Assembly (NCBI GenBank): GCA_964252035.1
Contig: CAXUOO010000287.1
Length of the DNA: 63,821 nucleotides
Source of the DNA: Podarcis erhardii
Taxonomy: Eukaryota
Direction: 5' to 3' (one strand)
Position 1 is the stretch's first letter. Each line of letters opens with the position of its first letter. Below the pieces are notes generated by a model. It had not been told where the DNA came from. It saw only the letters and a program-made list of their open reading frames with translations, and searched no databases. Of this stretch, positions 25,546 to 35,573 are shown piece by piece. The position numbers were made by a program, and so were the translations under genes.

Positions 25546-28500
25546 GGGAAAAAGAAGAAGAGTCGACGATGCAAGTCTCTGAGTTGCTGCGTGAGTGCAG
25601 CGAGTTGGTTTCCTTGGTCTGGCTGCAGCAGTTCCGTTAGTTGGGGTCCTTGTTTTCGCTGTTTTTTAAAGTTTTTTCTTCTTGCAGTTGCTGAGTCGCT
25701 GAAACTGCTGCCCCCAACCGCAGGCGTTGACGACGCTGCTGCTGCTGAAGCGCTGCGCGTTTTCCACTTGCTGCAGCAGAAACTTAGCCGAGCGCTTTTT
25801 CCGCACCAAGTGTTTGAGGTGTTTCTCCACATGCACAGCTACGCGCGCTTCCTCGATACAGAGCCCACTCACCACATGCAGCAACAAAGCGGAAGCTTGT
25901 CGGTAGCGGTCGAAAGCGGCTGTGAGCGAGACGCAAAACAAGTCATTCATCACTGCTGCGGAGCCACTCGCTGCCCCTGCATTTGCGTAGAAAACCGAGT
26001 CCAGCTCCACTCGATGTTGAGTGTTCAAACAGCAGTTCAGTCAGCGCTTCGAACGACAAACGCACACAGCCCTCTTCCACTTTGCTTGCTTCCTCGCCTT
26101 CAGCTCTCTCTTCTAATCGTGCAGTAGTAGGAATAGTAGGAATAGCAGCAGTAGTCGTAGTAGTATTCGTAGTAGTAGCAGGAGGAGGTGAAGACGCGCA
26201 CCCACTTCTACTCGCACAACCAGCAGCAGTAGAAGAAGCAGCAGTAGTAGTAGTAACAGTCGCAACAGTCGCAGTAGTAGTATTGGAGTTTGTTTTTTTT
26301 GAGTTTAAATGAGGGTTGGAAGAGTTCTCGTCGCAGGGGTAGAAAACATCGTAGTAGTCAGTGAGGGGCACGAGCAGATCGCATTCGAAGAGCAGATCGG
26401 CTAGCAGCAGCAGCAGCTGCTTTTCCTTCGACAGTTAAATCTCTAGGCAGTCGAACTAGCAGTCGCAACTGCACAAATTCAGTGCCCTGTGCATGCAACT
26501 CGACTTGCGCAGGAAAAGGCAGTCGCTTCACTGCCCGCTCAATCGCCTGCAGCCTGCTTTCCTCGTCTCCTCCACTCTGCCCCAGTCTTTCATCCTCACC
26601 ACCACCACTACTACTACTAGTAGAATTAGCAGTGGTAGTAGTGGTGGGACGAAAACACGCAAGTCCGGCACTGCTACTAGTACTTTTCCTGCTCAAAAAA
26701 ATGCGAGTTCTTGCCCTCCTCCTTTTCCTCTTCTTCTTCAGCGTTCACCACTTGCTTTTCACTGCTGACTTTTTTCTTTGGCTGCAGCCCCCTTTCTTCT
26801 TCTTTTTCGCAGTCGCTCGTCTTCTCTGCCTTTGTTTTTCGGCTCTCTCTTGCCTGCTGCTGCATGCACTGAAAATTGCCGCTTTCCTCCAAGTCGTCTT
26901 CTGCACTCTGGTTGTTGCCCTTCTTTCTTTTCTCTGTTTCCTCCAAACTTTCACACCCACTCCTGCTCTTGCTAAAACTCAGCCCGCTACTATTCTCACC
27001 ACTACTACTACTACTATTACGAGTATTACTTATATTATCACCACTATTACTACTATTACGAGTATTACTTATATTATTACTACTATTACTACTACTATTA
27101 TTACGAGTATTACTTATGTTCTTACTACTATTACTACTACTATTATTACTACTCGTACAATTCGTAATGGTGGTGGGGTTGTTTTGAATAGTAGTGTTAG
27201 AAGTAGTTTTAGAAGTAGTGGTGGTGGTGGAAGGGGGGGATTTGTGTGGAGGGGAAAGAGGGGTGGTGGGTGAGTGGAAATTAGCGAGCGAATTCTTTTT
27301 GGGAAGAAAGACCCGCGAAATGCTTGCAAGAGGCACTGAAAGCACCACTTGCGAGGGAGGCGGTTGCTGCTGCTGCTCTTTGATGAGTTGAATCAAAGCA
27401 GTTAGTTTGTGAAGTGTTTCAGCACCCAACACACTGCGCAAGTGAGCTTGTCTTTGCTGCTCTTCTTTTGCGTAGAAAGTTGCTAAGTGTTTGCTCGGAT
27501 AGCAACAGGCCAAAGCAGCTGCAGCAGTGGGTGGGGTGGTGAAGCGCTTTTGCAGGAGTTGAATCCAAAAGTCTTCTGATTCAGCAGAGAGAGAGTTTAT
27601 CGACGCACTCAGATTCAGCAGATTCTGCAAATCTTCCGCTTTCTCCCCGTTCACCACGTACTCGTTCAGCAACTCAGCCACTAAATCCACACACCAAGTC
27701 GCACTCACACAGGCACATCGAGTTTGCTGTTGTGAATCTTTTGCAGTCGTCCTTTTTGCTATGTGTGAGTTATACGTGCAACAAGCAGCACACTGCAAAC
27801 ACGTCAATATGAATACAGTGGATTTGCAGTGTATACGAAGTCGAATACATACATATATATATATATATGTGTGTGTAAATTTAAAACAAGTCAACTCGTG
27901 TGTGCGTGCCACACAATAACGGACTCACGTTTAACGAATCTAATTGCTTGAAGTGCACATGCGGATGAAGTTTCGATGCTTAGAAAACACCCTGAATGAG
28001 TAGCTAGTCGTCGACGCCAGGCCCAATAGTACACACAACAACCTCTTTGATGTGTACAAAAAACTGCAAATGTACGCTGAGAACAGAGAAGTAGAATGCA
28101 ATCCACAAGTTGTCTCAGTCTATACAGAGGGGACGTGTTGCTACGTGGGTCCTTCTTGTACATGTGTGATCTATACGTATATGTATGTACATGTGCGCAC
28201 ACAAGTGTTATTTGTATGTAGAAAAATAAATATACGCAAGTATATTTGCGTACACACACTCTACACGCGTGCCTGCGCCTACAATCACCACACAAGAGTT
28301 CAATCAGGCACACTATACAGAGATTCGAGAGTCTCTACTCGATCACAGACAATCTACATTTTATCACAGGCAAAAGGACGTGGCAAATACCCACTTCGTA
28401 GTACACACAGAAAATGTCAATGTTCGCTAACCAGCTCTAGCTGGATATGAGTGAAGAAAAGCATACATGTGCTAGTTTTGAACAACGCCTGACGAGTGCA

Positions 28501-31500
28501 CGCACACAGACGAACACCTTGTATAATGATAATGATAACTTCTAACTGCACATCTTATATTCAGTCAACGAATTTACATGCAACAGTACATCTCTCCGTT
28601 GGACCTTGCTGCAGAGATGAACAAAGTTTCTCGGCAACAACTCTCCAAGTACACGTCTATGAAGAACCCCACACTGTTTTAGTCGAATTCACGTACGTGA
28701 AGTTTAGTGTGTTTTCTTGCACGAAGAAGAAGAACCGTACACACACACACACACATACACATACACACAAAAAGGTGCCGTAAATGCATGCACGAGTCAG
28801 AGCCGAGGTGCCCCTGCCACAACCAAAGCACTCAACTACAGCTGCAGAGAAGGATTTCTGCAGAAAGTGAGACGACTTCGACGCACTTGTATCGTGAGGA
28901 CTGGTTTCCAGCGCTCTGTAATAGTGGAGAATTTCTCTCCGAAGCAGCATTCTGATTCGATTCATATCCAGAGGGTGCCTAGTTTCGTCTTCCATGAGTT
29001 GCATGATTCGACAGGCGACAGTCTCGAGCTCTCCTCCTCTTCTTCTTTTTCCTCCTCCTCTTCCTCCTCCTCCTCCCCCTCCAAAGAAGAAGCAACAGCT
29101 TCACCGACTGGGAACGAAGGCTGCTCAGCTAGCTGCTTCGTCCCCGCACTTTTTGGGCCCTTTTTTTCTTCTGCTAAACACCCTGTTTGTTGCAGTTTCA
29201 GCCCCACAGAGGGCGCAGTTTTGGCGTCTCCACCTGCTAAGACGGCGTTTTTCGCCCCCAACACCTCGTCGTCAACTGCTGGTGCTGCTTCACTAGTAGT
29301 AGTATTAGTAGTATTCTCATCATCATTAGTAGTAGTTTTTGTGGTGGTGGTGGTAGTCGAGCCTGAGACGGCTGCAATTTTTTCGGAAACTGCTGCTTCC
29401 GCAGTGCCCTCACGCTTCAGCTTCTTGAAACTAGTCACCACCGACTCAGCTCCACAGCAACAGCAACACCAACAGCTTTGCTATTGCCGTGAAAAGAGTC
29501 GCTAAGCAGGCCTCGCTGCTGCTGCTTGAGTGGCCTCTCTTTTTTCTGGCTGCACTGCAAAAAGAAGCTCGCTCTTCAACACCCACGGGCTCTTGCCGCT
29601 TCTCCAGCAACTCCGTCTTCTCCTCCTTTTTCTCCGTCTTCTCCTCCTTCTTCTCCGTCTCTTCGTTTTTCCCCATCTCCCTCCTTCTTCTCCGTCTTCT
29701 CCTTTTCCTCCGTTTCCACTGCTGCCTCCGCCTCGCTCCGCTGCTGCTGTTCCTCAGTGCTCTCCACCTCCTCCTCCTTTTTCTCCTTCTTCTGTGGGTG
29801 GTGGTTTCGCTCTTTTTTCTCCTTTTCTTTCTTTTTCTCTTTTAGTTGATGGTTGCGTTTGGGGGGTTTTCGCGGTTGGTGGCGAAGTTTTCACGTCGGT
29901 GGCTTCGAAGATGCAGCAAGACGCCTTTGAAACTTTCAGAGGAAAAAGAGAGACCGCCACAAAGAGCGTTTTTTTCAGAGAGAACGAGTTCCCGCTGCAA
30001 ACGAGCCACATTGCTTTCCGTCAAGTAACTGCCCAAAATATCCAGCGCTTCTCGCTCTCGATGTTGGCTCCACGCAGGTCCGCGAAAGCCCACTGCTAGT
30101 CGCCCGCTTTCTTCGTCGTCTGCTGGAAAAAAGCTCCGCGCACTGGCTGCGAAAGAAACCGGCTCTTCTTCTTCCTCGTTTTTCTTCTTCTTTTTCGAGT
30201 CGCTCTCTGCTGGGCTGGGCGCGCAAAAAACCAGCGGCGCAAAGTTGCATGCACTCGTCCACGCCGCTGCGAATCGCCGCCTTCCAACAAATAGTCTGCG
30301 AACTTCTTGCGCCCATTTCTCGGAGCTCCTACAACTGCTGCCACTGCTGCGTCGATCGCATGCAACTCCTTCACTCTCTCCTCTCCGCCGTTCTCCTCTG
30401 CTTCCCCCTTCTCCGCTAAAAACAGCCTGCTCCAAAATCTCTCTCTCTCTAACTGTCTGTGTAGCTACTGGCTGTGTAACTGTCTGACTGTCTGTTTTGC
30501 TGTCTGTTTTGCTGTCTGTTTATTTTCTTGTTTTGCGGTTTGTTTTTGTATTATTGGCTGCTGTGCTTGTGTTGGCTCCTTTGTCTGCTGAGTCGGCAGT
30601 GGTTTCTGTTTCTGCTGCTTCACTGCATCGATTTTGGAGACAGCCGCCCGAACAGCCGACAAAACCGCCTTGGGCTCCAACGCGCCCGTAAATATCAACG
30701 CAAGGTTGTTCCATCGGTAGTACGTCTCGTGATATCTGCAGCACGTTTCGCACAACTCATACATACACATATATACATATATACATATATATATATAGGA
30801 AGTTTGAATATTCGTGCATTCTCGGCCATATACAGTGAGTATAAGACAGTACGAATTTCAGCGCAGGTGGACATAAAAACACTTAGAGATATCTGTGAAC
30901 AGCACAGCTTCGAAAGAAAGTGAAAACGAATTCTTGTGGACGTGTATACACAAGTGCATATACACACATATACACATTCAAGTCGTGATCTACAGTCTCT
31001 CTACAAGCTGCGCTTCTTCAAATATTCATCAAGAAATTCATATATATATATCGAACGCAGAAACTGTAATCAAAATTCAAACGTTTGCCAGTGTATACAT
31101 ATATATATATATATATGCGTTGCTAGTAGTACATACACGTACGTATGTATATAGAGGCAGACAGATCTTGACATATTTGAAGAAGTGTTTACGCGACGGA
31201 ACACCTGATAAAAATCGCAGCACAGCTGCACGACGCTAAATAAACTCCGAAAATTTGAATACATGTACACACATATGTAAAAAGTCGAATAACAAAACAA
31301 GACTTCGGAAATTTAGCGCTCACTCACCGCAATGCGCACACAAAGTACACAGCTGCACATCATCAGCACAAAATCAACTCAAATGAGCTCTGCAAATGTA
31401 CGTGTAGACCTGTAATGCAGATGCTCACTCTTTGTGCGTTAAATTTGTGAATGTGGGGGTGAAAGCAGAGGAGCCAAAAACACAAGAAACGCACAGTTCT

Positions 31501-33674
31501 CGGCTGTACTCTGTTTCTAGAGTGTACGTACATTCACATGTGTGTGTATGTGGCAGGCAGGGACTACTACGAAAAAACCTGGCCTGTAAACAACCAGCTA
31601 TATCAGTTCAAATGCTGCAGCAGATGAGCTGCTTTTGTTCTCCACTGTTGACAGTTGCTGTCTCCACACATACGTAATATATAGTGTCAATACACAGAAA
31701 CACACACATACACAGCATTCTTGGTGATTTCAAAGAGGCAGTTGTTGCCTCAGAAGCAATCAGTACCAACACCCGCTCCAACAAGAAAGGCTGCAACGAT
31801 ACAGATCATATATATATATATATGTATATGTGAAACTTGAGCACAAAATGCCTCGAAACACACACAAAGAGAGACAGAAAGAAGTAGAGCGCGGTTTCTG
31901 AACTGAGCTAAACGCAGGACTCGTACTCGCGAACGCGAGAAATAGTTGTTCTCCTGATTTCTTCCATTAATCCGCCTGTTTCATAGTGGTAGCCGCTATC
32001 TCCAGGATAAAGCAGATGCAGCAGAGACTGATACAAGACAGAGTTTGGCTGTCTCTCACAAGCCTCCATTTCAGAGTAAACCACCCCTGCACAGCACACA
32101 CTAATCAGATACTAGCAAATTGTGCTGTTCAAGTATACAATATGCACATAAGCGCTCCATTCAGACACAAAAACACCTTTCATCGAGACACATGTACACC
32201 TACCAAAGATCTAAATGTGAAGAGAGCTTGTATATGAACCTACGCAGCAGGAGCAAGGCAGTCATCCAATCACAAACACCCCTTACATATATATATATAT
32301 ATATATATATGTAGATATACAAATACCCCTTACATGTATATATATGTATATAGTTACAACTACGCACGTTCAGAAAGATGCAATATATTATATACAAGTT
32401 ATATATATATTATGTATATGGATCGCGCAGTAGCCCAGCCCAAGGAGCTAGCAAAATCCAATCATTACAGACCCAACACAGCAGCACACCGTCACTAGAA
32501 AAGCAGTCTGCGTGAGAGCAAGCAGCACGACAAAAAACTTTTTGAAAAACAAACATCTCCAATAGAAGCCCCAGTAAAAGCTCCTCTCGACAAAAACAAC
32601 AACCTAAAAAGAAAAAACAGCGCTCATACCATACCACCACATTCCCCACTAGCAGCAGCCTTGATATAGCCCACTACCAACACCCCCACAGTGAAAGAGG
32701 ACTTTGTAAAAAGCCCAAATTGGAAGCTTTGCCTCATCCACAGCAGCCCAAGAATGCTTGTACTAGCTCTCCAAGCCTGTTGCTAGAAAAGTAAGTTGAA
32801 GTCATGCACCACGTAGTATGAGAAGGACAGAAGAAAAACAGGAAGAAAGCAAAGACTGTAAAGAAAAGTGGAGAAACTGTAAACTAAAGGCATGCGTCAT
32901 CTCGACAAGAAAAGCCGCAGCAATCAAAAGCAGAAACGTCAGAGCAAACAGGCACCAGCACATCAAACCAGTTGCATGCATACGGATGTACTTATGTGTG
33001 TGTACAAAAATTTATCCAGCAACGAAAGTAAAAAGCGCCACCCAGCAGCAGGTAAAGCAGCAAAAACCGGAATTGCATGCATGATGACGTCTTCAAATGC
33101 ATACACAGCAGCAACGACTTAGCTGCAGGAGTTGTTGCAGCTGTAATTCCGCTAAAGTTGTGTTTCAATGCTAAACAGTCTCGTTGATAAAGTTTCGACA
33201 GAGAAGGATAAGCAGTGGCAGCAGCAGTCAAAAGCGCAGCTAATTGCGGTAACAACAATCCGCAAAAGAGAGTCTACCAGCAGTCGAAACAAGTAGTGTC
33301 CTTTAGTGAAACACACAGAAAAAAGCCTACACTTACATATTTATGATATGTGCATACACTCGCACGTGTGCATGCATATACGAATGTGTGTAAATCTAGC
33401 TATATAAATATATACGTATACCTCGTTGTAGTGTGTGTTTGTGTATGTGTGTGTGGGTGTGTGTGTGTGTTGTGCTACACACACAAGTGTATACAAATAC
33501 CATGCACACACATGATCATACACACATACATGACATATAATTTCTACACATAAACATATATATATATATATGTATATTTTTACGGTTTATTCATGAGAAA
33601 TCAGTACTGCTAGTAAACATGCTCCTTTGATCCAGTATAAGTTTTACGTAAATAAGGTTGCGTGATATACAAGC

Positions 33675-33718
<44 letters not shown>

Positions 33719-34555
33719 TGTGTAGACATATATTGTAATACAGTCCTACGCATATTTGTAAAAGACGTGCAATGCCGTATTATAAAAAAAGCAAGAGAAA
33801 CACCACAACAGCAACAAGGAACAACAGCACTTATAACACCAGCAGCACCAACAGGAAAATCCCTCTATTTCTGCCGACATATACCTCCCTAGCTACATGT
33901 AAAATTCACACGAATATTTTATTTTTTTTTATATACACATATATATATATATATATATTGGCAACAGAACCTGCAGCAAAAGGCTTTAGCTTTCTGAGAC
34001 AAAGATTTTTGGAGACTTGAGCAATACAGCAGAAGGAAGTGAGGGGTAGATTGAGATATATATGTGAGTGCTTGTTACAAGCAGCTTTCACCGACGGATA
34101 GAGTAGACAAAAACAACAGCAACAATCACACACGTAAAGTCAACTATTATTACCAGCGCTAGCAGCGTTTTCTTTGAGATGATGCACTTCAGTCTTGAAA
34201 GCTTCTGGGCGAAGCAGTGGCAGCATCAAATGATCCAAATAAACTGAGCACACAAACGAAGAATTCAGCACTTGGGCACATATGTCAGCAGCAGCTTGAC
34301 TCGAATTTGCAGAAGCAGAGCTAGTAAATTCCATTCATATATCTTATATATATACTTATCTTACAACGTGCGTCGGTATGTATGAATGAAAATACACACA
34401 TGTGTACATTGATATATATACATATAATGGATGAACGATTATATTTGTGCAGATACATACAAAACACCAAAGCAGCAGCTTCAACAGAAGACTCTCAACA
34501 CCATACATATCTGCAAACATGCAGCGACAAACGCATCATCCATGCTTGTACATAC

Positions 34556-34594
<39 letters not shown>

Positions 34595-35542
34595 TATGAA
34601 TATAGATGTCTATATATATATATATATATGTATATGTGTATATAATAGGAGCAACTGTAGTAGTGCTAGAGATTCAGTAGAAGCTGTGATAGAATGTCCT
34701 GAACACTCAGAAAAAGTGTTTATCAATCAACGGAAAGGACCCATCAAACAAACAAAGTCTTCAATTAGAGGAAAAATCATACAACATATCGGCAAAGCCG
34801 CACAGCACCAGTTCAAAGAAACTCGGTAGCAAAGAAGAGAGCGCAAGATGCATGAAACTACAGAGGCTGTACGCGATAAACCTTGGGGTGTCTATACACC
34901 GCACAATCTCCAGCACTTTCCTTTGAAGTGAAGGATTCCTTCCGGGAGTTGGAACGTGCAAGCACATATGCAAGTTAGGAGATAGACTTTCTCCACTAGT
35001 GGGACGTTATCAGAATCATGAATGCGTTTCTAGCGAAAAAAGCAAAACGAATAGTTGCATGCATCGTCAGTCCATTCTTCGCGCAAGCAACAGCAGAGGC
35101 AGCAGAAACAACTTCGCCCTTCTTTTTTTTGACATGGCATAAGAAGCAGCAAAAACAGCACTGACAGCAGTGGCCCAAATCTGTCTTTCTACTAAAGAAT
35201 TTAACGGACTGCCGTGCGAGCCCAACTCAGTTTCCCCGTTGAAACAAGTGTTCAAAGAAACGCCAGTTGCAGACTTCTCCACAGCAGCAGTTCCAACAAT
35301 ATCAACACTGATGTTAAGAAAAAACACCATTTTCAGGCAGCACCAGTTTTTTGCGCAAACTACTAGAGCAACAGCAATAGGCAGTAGCAACACCACCAAA
35401 ACCAAACACTAACAGAAGCAATTGCCTTCGTAATAATCAGCGCAAAAAGCTCACCGTTCGCTTCAACAACAACGCCTACATTCCTCCAAGTTGCAGATGC
35501 ATGTGCAAGTACCTTAAAAGCAGAATCTACTTCATCACATAC

Positions 35543-35573
<31 letters not shown>

